Source: Cyanophora paradoxa CCMP329 | Lineage: Eukaryota; Plantae; Glaucophyta | Direction of reading: 5' to 3' | Assembly (NCBI GenBank): GCA_004431415.1 | Contig: QPMI01000192.1 | Span: forward strand, 1-64,000 | DNA: 64,000 nucleotides | Shown here: positions 12,001 to 23,095 of the stretch, one piece after another | How positions within the stretch are numbered: the stretch's first letter is position 1 | Layout of the letters: every line of letters starts with the position of its first letter | Notes under the pieces: model-generated | Told to the model about the DNA's origin: nothing | Seen by the model: only the letters and a program-made list of their open reading frames with translations | Databases searched by the model: none | Program-made: the position numbers and the translations under genes

Positions 12001-15000
12001 GCGGGCCTGCTGGCGATCCCGGGGGGGCGCCGCCGCGTCGCCCGCTCCAACTTCACGATCGAGGCGGCCTCGGTCCTCCGCCTCCACGCCGCCCCGCACC
12101 GCATCGGCCCGCCCGCCCGCCCCCCGCCCTTCCTCCCTGTCTTTGCTTTGCTGACCGTTCGCCTTCGTTCGCAGACGTGGACCTGTACCTCTTCCGCCTC
12201 GAGGCGGGCGGCTCAGGCGGGGACGAGGACCACCGGCGGGGCCTTCGGGGCAAGAAGGAGAAGGAGGGCGGGCGGCGCTCGACGTGGTCCCTCGTGGCGG
12301 CCAGCGACGGGGCCTACGGCGCCGAAGCCATCCTCGCCGCCCTCCAGCGTCCGCCTGTCTCCTTCCTTCCTTCCCTTGTCTCCCGTCCGACCCCCGCCCT
12401 GCAGCCGGGACGTACCTGGTGCAGGTGGAGTTCTACCCCTCGGCGTCGGGGTACTACCCGGGCCCGCGCGACCGCGAGGCCGTACCCTTCGAGCTCGCCC
12501 TCGAGCCCGCCGCCGTCTTCGCCGCCCGCCTCCCCGCGTCCGCCCTCCCCCCTCCCTTCCCTTCGAATCCCCCGCCTCGCCCCTCCTCACGCCGCGGGCG
12601 CTCTAGGCCCGGGTGCCAGGACGCGCCGCTGCCGGCACCGGCGCCGGACGGGGCCGGGTACTACAGGCGGGACGACCCCTCGCTGGCCCTCTCGTGGGCC
12701 ACCGTCGCCGCCGCGGGGGCCGGCGGCCTCCTCCGCACCGCCCAGTTCACCCCGGGCGCCCCCTCCCTCCTGCGCGCCCCCGGCCCGGCCCCTCCTCGCC
12801 CCTCCTCCGCCCCTTTCTGATCTTTACCCCTCCCCCGCTGCGCGAAGGTACGTGGCGGTGGGGTACGACTTCGCGGCGGGCGGGGCGGCGCTCTCGCTGA
12901 ACCGGTCGGACGACGGGGGGGCGACGTGGCGCGAGGCGGCGGCGGCGGCGCGCGGGGCCGGCTGGGCCGAGCTGCGTGCCCCGCTCTCCCCGCGCTCCTC
13001 CTACCGCCTCCTCCTCCGCCAGGCACCCCTTCCCCCGCTTCTAGGCCCTCCGCTTCAGACCCGCTGATCGCGCCTCAGGACGCTGCGCCGCTGGGGGCGT
13101 ACCCCCACTGCACGCTGTACTCGGCCCTGGTCGAGGCCCGCGACGCCTCCGCCCCGCGGCCCGCCCGCCCCGGCGGCGGCGGAGGCGGGTCCGGCGGCTC
13201 CGGCGGCGGAGGCTCCTCCGGAGGTGGCACGTCGCCCCCGGCCCCCTGCGACGGATGGGGCGTACCCCTCCCCACCGAGCTCGCCGAGGCCGTGCGTCCC
13301 CGCTCCCCGCCCCGTAACTCCCCCGACGCCCCGCTCAGGACCCGACGGCGCCGCTGGGGGCTGGCCTGGACAGCCGCGGCGCCCTTTCCCTCGCCGGCTC
13401 CCGCTTCCTTCTCCCCGCCCCCGGCGCCGCCGCCGTCCGCCCCGCCCCGCTCCACCTCCCTTTCGCTTCCCCCTCACCCCTCGGGGCGGCGCAGGGCTTC
13501 GCGGTGCCGCTGCGGGGCGGGGGCCAGCACCTCCTCCGCACCTTCGCCCGCTGGCCCGCCTCCGCCCCGGCCCGCCCAGCCCCGCCCCGCCCCTTCTCGC
13601 TCAGTCTAGCTCGCTGATTCGCCGCAGGGCGTGGAGGTGTCGGTGAGGCCGTACGGGGCGGGAGATCCCGGCGCCTACTCCGACAACGACAGTGAGGATG
13701 AGGACGACGACCAGGAGGACGAGGAGGAAGAGGTGTGCCTCGCACTCCGTGAAGCCCTTCGGCGTCTCTAAGGCCCCCGCAGGAGCGGCGGCGGGCGCTG
13801 CGGGGCTGGGTGGCGGGCGCAGGCGGCGGCGGGGCCCCCAACGGGAGCGAGGCCCTGGGGGCCCCCGTCGCCGCCTCCTACGGCCCCGCCTGGCGCTCCG
13901 AGCTCCGCCTCGTACCCGCCTCCGCTTCGCCCCTCCTGGCGCGCGCGCCGCGTACCCCCTTCTTTCCCCCCCCTGATTTCCCCTCTTTGAACTGAGCGGC
14001 GTGGGGCGGCGCAGCTGGAGGTGCGGCGGGGTACGGGCGCCTCGCCCGCCTGCGCCGCGTTCGCCCTCGGGGTCTCTCTGTACCCCCTCGAGACCGCCCT
14101 CCGGAACGCCATCTGTACCCCCTCCGACGCCGCCGCCGGCCCCGCGGCCTGGCGCGCCCTCGCCGACGCCCAGGCGCGGCCCCGTACCCCCCTCCCACTC
14201 CCCCCTCATCTCACCCCGCGGGCAGGTGGGCGCGGACGGGCGGCTGGAGGCGTACGCGGCGGGGGCCGTCCCCCTCGAGTCGGTCCTGGGGGCCGCCGCC
14301 CCGGGCGCCCCGCCCCTCAAGGCGCGCCCCGGCCCCTTGCCCGCCCCCTCCGGCCCTCTGTAACCCCCCCCCCCCCCCCCCCCCCCCCAGATCGCGCTCC
14401 GCCTCGGGCGGGACTCGGCGCTGGACGCCGCCCTCGCCTTCGACCACGCCGGTCCGCCCCCCCGCCCGCCCGCGCCCCCCCCCTCCCCCCCGATTCGGGC
14501 CGGGCGGGCCGGGCCGGGGAGCAGGGGCCTTCTTCTCGCTGGAGGTCCTCCGCGGGCCCCGCGGCGGCCGCCAGGTCCGCCCCCCGCCCCGCCCCCCCGG
14601 GCCCCCGCCCCCCTTCCTCGCGGCCTTCAGCGTACCCCCCGCCCCCACAGGTCTCCGTCGCCAAGTCCGAAGGGACTCCGCACGCCTCCGCCGCCCCCAT
14701 CTCCTTCACTCAGGTACCCCTAATCCGCTCCCGAGGGGTACGCGCTCCTTTTGAGCCGCTTCCCGCACCGCCCCCGCAGGAGCTGCACGGGACCCTTCCC
14801 GCCGGTGACTACGTTCTCTCGTTCCGCGCCGACCTGATCGCACTCCGGGTACCCCTTTTCAGTTCCGAAAATAGCCGCTGGATTCATGACGGACGGGGGT
14901 AACGCAGGCGCTGGCGCGGGCGGCGGGGTTCGGGCCGCCCTCCGCGGGCCCCGCCCTCTGCCTCCCGTTCGTTTGGTCCCTCCGCGTCGCGCCCGTACCC

Positions 15001-17049
15001 CCCGCCGGCTCGTCCGCCCCTCCCGCCGCCATCCGCGCCGTCACCCCCCCGGGCGCTCTCCAAGTCCGTACCCTGCCCATCCTGCTCTACTGTACCCCCA
15101 CGCGCTCATTCCCCCCTTGCGCAGCTGAACGCCGCGCGGCCGCTCCGCCTGCGGGTGACCTTCACATCCGCCCCCTGGAACGCAACGGGGCCGTACCCCG
15201 CCGGCCCGGCCGCCGAGCCGCAGCGTGGCCGGGCCCTCTCCCTCGTCGGTTCCGGCCAGCCGCCCGTGTACCCCTCCCGCGCCGCCGCCTGGAGCTCGGA
15301 CCCCCTCACCTGGGTACTGGACTTCCCGCCGGCCTCCCTCGCCCCCGGGGTGGCCTACTCCCTCGCCGCCGATCCCGACCTCCTCCGCGTGCGTCTGTAC
15401 CCCTATCGTCTCCAGCGGTCGGCGGCCTCACTGTACCCCCGCAGGCCGCGGACGGTTCGGCGATCATACCCCCCAAGGCGGAGTACCGCGTTCTGGACGG
15501 TAGCTGCGGGGGGCCCGCCCGCGGCAAGTACAACGACCGCGAGGGGTACTGCTCCTGCAGGCGCGCCGCCCCCGTCCCGTCTACCCCCCGCCCCGTCCAA
15601 AACTAAGCTTGGCGGGGCAGCGAGGGCCACGCGGGGCCGGACTGCGGCGCGTGTGACGTCGGATACGGGCCGGGGCCCGACCCGCGCGGGCCCTGCGCCC
15701 GCCTCGGGCCGGCTCGCCCGACACCCCTGCCCGCCCCGGCGCGCCCCGCCCGCCGCTTCTGCACCCGCGACAGGCGCGGCGGCTCCTTTCCCGCCTCTGA
15801 TCATGACCCGCCCGACTGAGCCGCCGCCGACGCAGCTGCTCGGGCCACGGCCGCTGCGACGACTCGTCTGGCGCCCCTAAGTGCCCGATTCCGGTTTTCC
15901 GCCCCCTTCCGCCTCGCTCACAGGGACCGGGCAGGTGCGACTGCTTCGCGGCCTTCACCGGCCCGCGCTGCGACCGCTGCGCCGAGGGGTTCCTCCGGTA
16001 CCCCGCCTGCGAGAAGGCGCGTACTCCCTTCCCCCCGGGCGCCGGCCCCATCCTTTCTTCCTTCCTCCGCGCGGGCCGAGCCGCTCAGTGGTCGCCTGCG
16101 CAGGCGGCGGCGTGCCCGGGCCCGTGCGAGCACGGCCGCTGCGACGCCGCCACCGGCCGGTGCGCCTTTCCCAGACGGGTTGGCGGGGCGGGGCGGGCAC
16201 GAGGCGGGCCGGGGCCGGGGGCAGGTGCGTGTGCGAGGTGAACTGGGCGGCGACCGGTGCGAACGCTGCGCCGACGGCTTCGAGGGGCCCGCCTGCACCT
16301 TTGCCGGCGCGGGGGCCGCCCGCCCGCCCCGGCCCCGGCGCCGGGCCCGGCCCCGGCCCGGCCCGGGCCCCGCCCGGCCCCGCCGCCGCCCGCGGCCGCC
16401 TGGCGATCACGGTGCGCCGCCTTTCCCTTCGCATCTTTTCCTTTGCTGACCCGACCGGACCCGAAGCTCGGCGTGGGCGGGGCGCTGCTGGCGGCGGGCG
16501 GCGCCGTGGCGTTTGTTCTGCGGCGGCGGGCGGCAGCGGTGGCGGGGCCGCCCGGCCGCCGCGGGCGGGCCGGCTCCCGCAGGAGGGCTGGTACGGGTAC
16601 GCGCCGCTGCGGGCGGCCGACGGGACGAGGACGACGATGGCGGGTCCGAGGACGGCGGTGGGGGCGGCGGCGGGGCGCGGCTGCTGTCGGCGGCTCCGGC
16701 GGGGCGCCCCGCGGCGGTGCCGGCCCGAGCTCGAGCCTGCTGGAGGACGAGGACGAGGAGCGGCCGCTGCGCGCCCCGCCCGCGCCGTCCGATTCGCCGA
16801 CGAGGCCCCGCGGCCGGCCCCGGCCCCGGCGCCCGGGGCCCGGCCCGGGCCCGCCCCTGCCCCCGCCCCGCCCTCGCCCCGCGGGGCGCCCCGCGGGCCG
16901 CCGCGGCCGCCCCTCTCTGGACTTCTTCCCCTCCTGGAGGCCCTCCGCCCCCCGACCTGCCCGCCCCCTCCGCCGGCGCCGGGCCCCGCCCGCCCTCGCC
17001 GCCGCCCCCGGGGGCCCGCTCGGGCGACTCCCACCCCCTCCTGGACTAG
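1..17049 (+). CDS. Giant multi-exon type-I membrane/surface protein (5' end outside window): repeated Cys-containing beta-sandwich modules, two Ig-like + EGF/laminin-EGF clusters, C-terminal TM helix and cytoplasmic tail
   Basis: The motif PG.Y.L...C.PF.L.L recurs (e.g. 17, ~1315, ~7800-7870, ~8645-8725, ~11715-11790). EGF-type Cys patterns: CDCSGHGAC (~5424), CECEAHYEGDECERCAQG (~5528), CSGHGRCD (~15836), CDCFAAFTGPRCDRCAEG (~15936), CVCEVNW..DRCERCADGFEGPAC (~16226). TM segment LGVGGALLAAGGAVAFVLRRR (~16468-16530). Stop TAG at 17047-17049. Dozens of short C-rich introns end in YAG. Confidence 0.85.
2570..2700. repeat. Three degenerate ~53-bp direct repeats inside an intron
   Basis: ggggctctcccgcccttttaagagggaatcgagc (2570), ggggttccctcgcttgattaagatggaatcgagc (2623), ggggttccctcgcttcattaagagc (2676). 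Confidence 0.75.
9883..9997. repeat. Intronic minisatellite, 5 x 23 bp (agaacacaaagcttagtctctac)
   Basis: Head-to-tail copies with single substitutions and no spacers; degenerate copies follow to ~10080. Confidence 0.95.
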
Positions 17050-17234
17050 ATCAGCAAAGGCCGCTCCCCTAATTCAGAGGCGTCAGAGGCTGCGCCCCGC
17101 ATGCCCATGTCATATGCGCAGACTATTTCTGTAAATTCTATTCACTATCAAGCTAGCGATCGCGAGGGAGAGCTAGTACTAGTGCTCAGAGAGGCTCACA
17201 TGTACAGAGGTGGCTCTAGATCTAGATCTGAGCT

Positions 17235-17540
17235 CAATTGCAAGAGGCTCTGGTCGTGACTCGTGAGGGGGAGTTTCGCATGCACGTGCACGCTGGACTT
17301 GTGGCTCCGAGCCCTAGGGGGGACTGGGCTCTCACAGAGGAGCTAGCTCGGAGCTAGCTCGGAGCCTCTTGAGTCAACTTGCCAAGTTGGCAATAGTCAA
17401 AGCTTCGAAGTTTCGAGCTCTAGATCTCTCTGCGCATCATGGCATGCGCATGCACGCTGGACTTGCGGCTTCGAGCCCTAGGCCGGGCACGCTGGAGTCA
17501 ACTTGGCAAGAGGCTCTGATCGTACCACGGTGAGGGGAGC
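17235..17540. repeat. Intergenic degenerate duplicated modules, palindrome-rich
   Basis: cacgctggacttg(t/c)ggct(c/t)cgagccctagg occurs at ~17289 and ~17453; gcaagaggctctg(g/a)tcgt at ~17240 and ~17506; gagtcaacttg occurs twice. Confidence 0.7.
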
Positions 17541-17687
17541 TGCAAAGTGTCGATCTCTCTCAGAGTCTGCGCATGCGTAGGCGGCCGGGCCACCGAGCAA
17601 GCGCGCGGCGTAATTAATGCTAGCGCTTGCCCCATTGGTTACAGCTATAGATCCTAAATATATCTAGATCTAGGAGAGATACCTCTG

Positions 17688-17695
17688 GTATATGC
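17688..17695. promoter_or_regulatory. Possible P1BS (GNATATNC) phosphate-starvation element upstream of the PiT gene
   Basis: GTATATGC lies ~350 bp upstream of the PiT ATG. The motif is short and could occur by chance. Confidence 0.25.
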
Positions 17696-18039
17696 ACCAC
17701 CCTCGCGAATTCCGCATTAATCCACTTTTTCGACCTGATCATCATATCATATGATCATGATCATGATGGCAGTCACACGAGCTTCGAGCTTCTTTATTGC
17801 ACAGGCCTTCGTACAGATCAAGCAACTGCGGCACGCGAACCGCAACTCGTGGCCCACATCGTGTGCACTTTAAGAGGTCGCGCGCTCTCGTGACCCTTCA
17901 AGATTCGCCAGATTCGAGGGGGTTACAGCATTGTTGGTTTAAGCTCCAAACTTTCGCAGGCTTTCGCGGCGGCGGGGGACCGCAGCCGGCCACCGGGCAA
18001 GCGCGCGGCGCGTATACGCAACACGTACAACGCACCAAG

Positions 18040-21000
18040 ATGGCCGTCGTGCGTCGCCGAGCCCGCCGCGTGTCGATTCAGGGCTTGCGGTCCGCGTTGC
18101 TGATTGTTTGCGCGCGGCCGGGGCGGCGGCGATGCTCGCAGTACGCGGTGCGCGTTCGGATGCGAGAGCGCTAGCGCCGCGCGTGATCGGCGTCGCCGCT
18201 GAGCCGCGAGCGCGATCGATCAATTTTCGCGAAATCGATTCGGCCGCAGATGCCCGGCGACTACACGGTCGTCTTCGCTGTGGCCCTCGTCCTCGCGTTT
18301 CTAGACGCATACGGGATCGTGCGCGAGCCTCAGATAGATCGCCCGCGCCAGCCGGCCGCGGGGCCGATATTTTTGCGCTGACGTCGGGCGCCGCAGGGCG
18401 CGAACGACGTCGGTCAGTGCTGATTCGATTATCCGCAAGTGGACCACGCGCATCGCTGCTAACGTTTCGCTCTGCCGGGCTGCACTCGCGTTTCCGATCG
18501 GTTTTGCGCCTGCAGCAAACAACTTCGGTGCGCCCGCCCAGTTTTCGCGCTCTAAATCCCGATTTCGCACTAATTCATGCTTTGAATTCATCTGCACGCA
18601 GCAAACGCTGTCGGCGCGGTAAGTGCGAAATCAGATTTGATGGGTTTGAGTACTAATTCCAGTCCGGATCCACAGAGAACCATCACTCTTCGCAACGCCT
18701 GCATCCTCGGTGCGATTTGAATTCGATACGGAGGCGCCCGATTTCGATGCTGCCCGCGGCGCGCGCGCGGCTTATAATTATGTATAATTACTTGAACTCT
18801 CAGCGTCCTTTGCCGAATTTCTCGGAGCGCTCCTGCTCGGCAAGACCACCGGCGAGACGATCCGCGGCGGGCTTATGTGAGTGGAAACTGCTCGACCCCA
18901 TGCCATATATGCGCGCTGCAGCTAGAATATTAATCTCCATCAGCCGCCGCTTTAATTTACTGAAGCCTTCTGCTCGCGATCGCGCGCGCGCAGCAAGGTG
19001 TCGCGCTTCGCGGACCACCCGAGCCTGCTCATGCTAGCCATGCAGTGCGCCCTCATCGGCTCCTCCAGCTTCATCCTCACCGCCACCCACTTCGGAATGG
19101 CAGGTGACTTCAAATTTCCGCGCGCATCGCAAAATTTAAGTTAATCGAGCAATAATCGCGGTCGCGCCCAGCGCAAAATTTTAATCGAGCAATGTATAAT
19201 TATAAGTGAACCGGCGCGCAGTGTCCACCACGCACGCCATCGTCGGGGCGGTCATCGGGACGTCGATCGCTGCCTTCGGGGGAGAGGCCGTCAACTGGAA
19301 CTGGGAGAACAAGGGCGTCGCCCAAATCGTGCGCCCACTCCAGTGTCGAGTCGCTGTTCCAATTCGTGTTCGGATTTGGTTAATTACATAACTTTCCGCG
19401 CAGATTGCGTCCTGGTTCATCTCGCCCGCGCTCGCGGTTCGTCTATTAAAATATTGGCAAATTAAGTCGCCGAAAGTACTAGTCTCTTCGAGCTCATTAA
19501 GCTTCTCGCCAATTTTTGTCGATCGCCGAAAGTCTCTTCGAGTTAAATCGCCGAAAGTCTCTTCGAGTTCCTTAACTTCCCGTCATTATTTATCTTTCGT
19601 GCTCTCATCTGCAGCTGCGCAGGCGGCCCTGGCGGCCGTCCTATTCCTCCTGACCAAGTACCTCGTCCTGCGCCGCAAAAACTCGTTCCGCTGGGGGCTC
19701 GTCGAGGTCCCCGTCTTCTTCGCCTTCGCCCTCTTCATCAGTGCGCCATAAATGCTCCTAAGCTAAGCTCCTAATTCTAAGCTTGATCTAATAAAAATGA
19801 CTTGCAACTTATAAGCTCTTAATCTAATCCATCCATCATTACCTCCGGCTGGGCTCCATCCGAGGTGTTATTTACTCCGCCCTGTCCCGCTCTGCAGACA
19901 CGTACCTCGTCACGACGAAGGGCATGCCGAAGATGGACCTCGTCGGCAGCGGCCAGTTCACGGAAGCCGAGCTCGTGGGCATCTCGTGGGCCGTCGGCAT
20001 CGGCGCCTCCGCCATCTTGAGCACGATCATCATCTTTTGGGCGAAGCACACGCTCGACAAGAAGTACGTCAAGAACGAGGAGGGCCGGCACGTCCTCTCG
20101 CCCGAGTACATCGCGCGGGTCGAGGAGGCGGCGGCCAAGGCGCGCGCCGCCAAGCTCAGCAAGCTCAAGGCCTCCCCGCCCCCGGTCGCCGTCGCCGTGG
20201 GCTCGAGCTCGCCTTCGCCCCCGAGTTCCGCGCCCGGATCCGCATCCAGCACTTCTTCGAATTCCGAGCAGTTCCAGCTGCAGCACGCGGCGTCGAACGC
20301 GTACGCGATACCGCGGACGCCGAGCTCCGTCTCTGCCTCGACGGGCATCGGCAGCCACGGGGAGCCGGCGCCGGCGCAATACCTCGTGCAAGGGACGCCG
20401 ACGCCGGTGCACTCTGTGTATCGGTATCGCGTTCAAGACGGGGCCGTCGTCGTCGACGCCCCCGATCCGGAGATCGCTTCGGAGCCGGAGCCAGCGGCTG
20501 TGCTCGGGGGCGCTGCCGTTGTCGGCGCCGACGAGGAGTCGAGGCCGGCTGATCGCGAGTCCAAGAGATCGATCTTCAAGGGCTACCTGGTGACCTAAAT
20601 TATATCTATAGTTGTTTACTTAAGCTTTGCGCTCCGCTAGCGCTTTCTGTTTGAACTCACATGCGCATGCCTCTCGATCGTCAACTTGACACGTTTCCAG
20701 TCAGAGTCCTTCGCCAAAGCAAAGAAGGTGCCGGCTCGCAAGCCTTTATATTCGATTGTGCAAACAGTATCTTAAGATCTATACGTGCCAAGCTAAGCTG
20801 AGATCGAGCTCCGGCTCCGGCGCAGGCGGCGATGCACGGAGTGCGGAAGGACGTGGTGTCGGTGACGGGCGACGCGCGGCTCGAGGCGATGCACGAGGCC
20901 GGCGAGGACTTCGACCCCAAGACCGAGGACCTCTTCAAGTTCCTCCAGGTGAATTACAATTGCAACGAACTTATTAGTAAATTGAACATACAAGCGTGCT

Positions 21001-22158
21001 CGGGCCTTTGCGCTCATTTAGATCTTTTCATATTTGGCTTGCGGATTTCTAAAGCTTGTTACATCCTTGCTGGCAGCGGCGTTTACCTTGTCTACTAATT
21101 GTGAAACATGAATCGCAGGTCGTGTCGAGCACGATGAACAGTTTCGCGCACGGCTCGAACGACGTGGCGAACGCCATTGGGCCCCTCGCCACCGTCTACG
21201 CCATCTGGAAGGTCCGGATCCGCTTCTGCTAGGTTTACAGGGACGGCGACGGCGCCCGCCCGCGCCCGCCCGCGCTCTCTCCACTGGCCAGTACCAGTAC
21301 TAGTGCTCTCCACTGCCCCTCTCATGATCACCTCGCATCTCGGCAGGAGGGCTCCAACTACATGTGCGACGGCGCCCGCGACGGCCGCTGCTGGGCCCTC
21401 GCCAAGCCCGCGTCCGACATCGGTGCTTCTTTCACGCCGTCGTTCTGCAATACGTCCGCATGATGTTCACATTTTGATTTCGGGCAGAAATCTGGATCCT
21501 GGCGTTCGGAGGCGGGGGCATCGTGATCGGGCTCTGGACGTACGGCTACAAGATCATGCGGGCCCTGGGGAACCACCTGACGAAGCTCTCGCCCTCGCGC
21601 GGCTTCTGCATCGAGCTGGGCGCCGCCGTCACGGTCGTCTTCGCCTCCTCGCAGGGCTGGCCCATCTCCACGACGCACTGCGCCGTCGGCGCCACGACCG
21701 GCGTCGGCACCGTCGCCGCGCGCTCGCTCCGAAGCGCCGGCCGCACCGTCAACTGGCGCCTCTTCGGCAAGACCTTCTTCGGCTGGGTCATCACCCTGCC
21801 CTGCGCCGGCCTGGTCGCAGGCCTCGCGTGCGTCCGCCCCGCATTCAAGATATGCTTAAGCTTTCCAGAAGCTAAATTTTCCGCGTATGATTTATATATG
21901 CGATAAGCTTTCAAATTCGAGGACACGTTGAAATTAAACTGTGCGCCTCGCGATTGCAGCTTCGCGTACATCGCCTACACCCCGGCGGCCTGGGCGACGA
22001 ACCAGCTGGGCGTTTCTTTCTTCCCGAACACGGACGTCAACGTGCGCACCCGACCTCGATTACTATTCTTCCCAATCGACGAAATCTGTGATTTGTTCAC
22101 CTGCCGACCTGATTTTAATTTCGGTCGGATTTCGTCTCAGTGGGGGGCGACATCGTAG
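18040..22158 (+). CDS. PiT/PHO4-family (SLC20/Pho89-like) inorganic phosphate transporter, multi-exon
   Basis: Spliced reading MAV|MPGDYTVVFAVALVLAFLDAYGI|GANDV|ANNF|ANAVGA|RTITLRNACILASFAEFLGALLLG, then VSTTHAIVGAVIG (~19221), second signature SFAHGSNDVANAIGPLA (~21140-21190) and LSPSRGFCIELGAAVTVVFASSQGWPISTTHCAVGA (~21586-21693). Stop TAG at 22156-22158. Confidence 0.95.
19467..19570. repeat. Intronic triplication of tcgccgaaagtctcttcgag
   Basis: Copies at ~19467 (with an actagt insert), ~19523 and ~19548. Confidence 0.8.
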
Positions 22159-22470
22159 TGAGCATGTGCCGAGTTCGTCTGCAGTGATCGATATCTTATT
22201 AGCCTGAACGTTATCTCGTTAGAGAACCCCTCAGCCTAGCGCACAGCCTCGCAAATGGTGCTCGACTCGGCAAGCGCCGTAATTGATGTAATTCCCCCGT
22301 CTGGAAATTGAAGCTTAAGCCTGCGAAAGCTTTTCATGGCCATGTTCCAGTCAGCACATAACCGACCAGTGGCTCGCAATCGATTTCAGCACATTGCAAA
22401 TTCAGCACAACGAACGCGAGCTCGAGTCACGCTCGATCGCGAGTGCAAGTGTCAGGAGCAGTTTAAGTAT

Positions 22471-22553
22471 GATCCGGTAAGCGACACAAGCGGAGGCTGA
22501 CTTTACTAAGTAGATCCGGTAAGCGACACAAGCGGAGGCTGACTTTACTAAGT
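22471..22553. repeat. Tandem duplication with a 42-bp period in the PiT/ferric reductase intergenic region
   Basis: gatccggtaagcgacacaagcggaggctgactttactaagt occurs at 22471 and 22513. Confidence 0.95.
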
Positions 22554-23095
22554 TATACCGCGACTGATCATGAGAGCCTTGCAATTGGATGGCACTTTTG
22601 AATGCGTCGTTTATAACGTTGACGTTATCGGACCCGGATTGATCATGAGCGGAAATTAAAAATGGACCAGCTGTAGGATATCACTAGTACTGAGCTACTA
22701 TCCGATGATATCGATCTTCGACGATATGTGCTAACAGCGCTAGCAGTGGAATTGATTGAAGATATAGAGAGCGAAGCAAGCAGACGACTGAATATATCCA
22801 CATGTACAAGAGCTAGGGGGAGAAATATACGTATACATATAAACGAACAGCGTTGTTGGGGATAAGAACAAGATTCGGGCTGTTATATCACTGTCATGAT
22901 TACTATTATTAGGTTGAAGACTGTAATGCTGAATGTAGAAGCTGAAGGCAGAGATGGTAATAAAGATCGTCGACGATCGCCCGACTGAATATGTCTACGG
23001 GCGGAAAAGGAGAGGCACATTCAATTGCAAACAGGCCAGCGACGGCGACCATGGCCAGATGTAGAATACATATAAATGAACAGCGTCGATCGGGA

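Noticed and set aside
1-17134. Numerous long overlapping Pro/Arg/Gly/Ala-rich ORFs on both strands in the ORF track (also 39087-42318, 50284-52259, 53596-55777)
   Set aside because: They reflect stop-codon scarcity at very high GC. The recognisable proteins appear only after splicing and switch between these frames.
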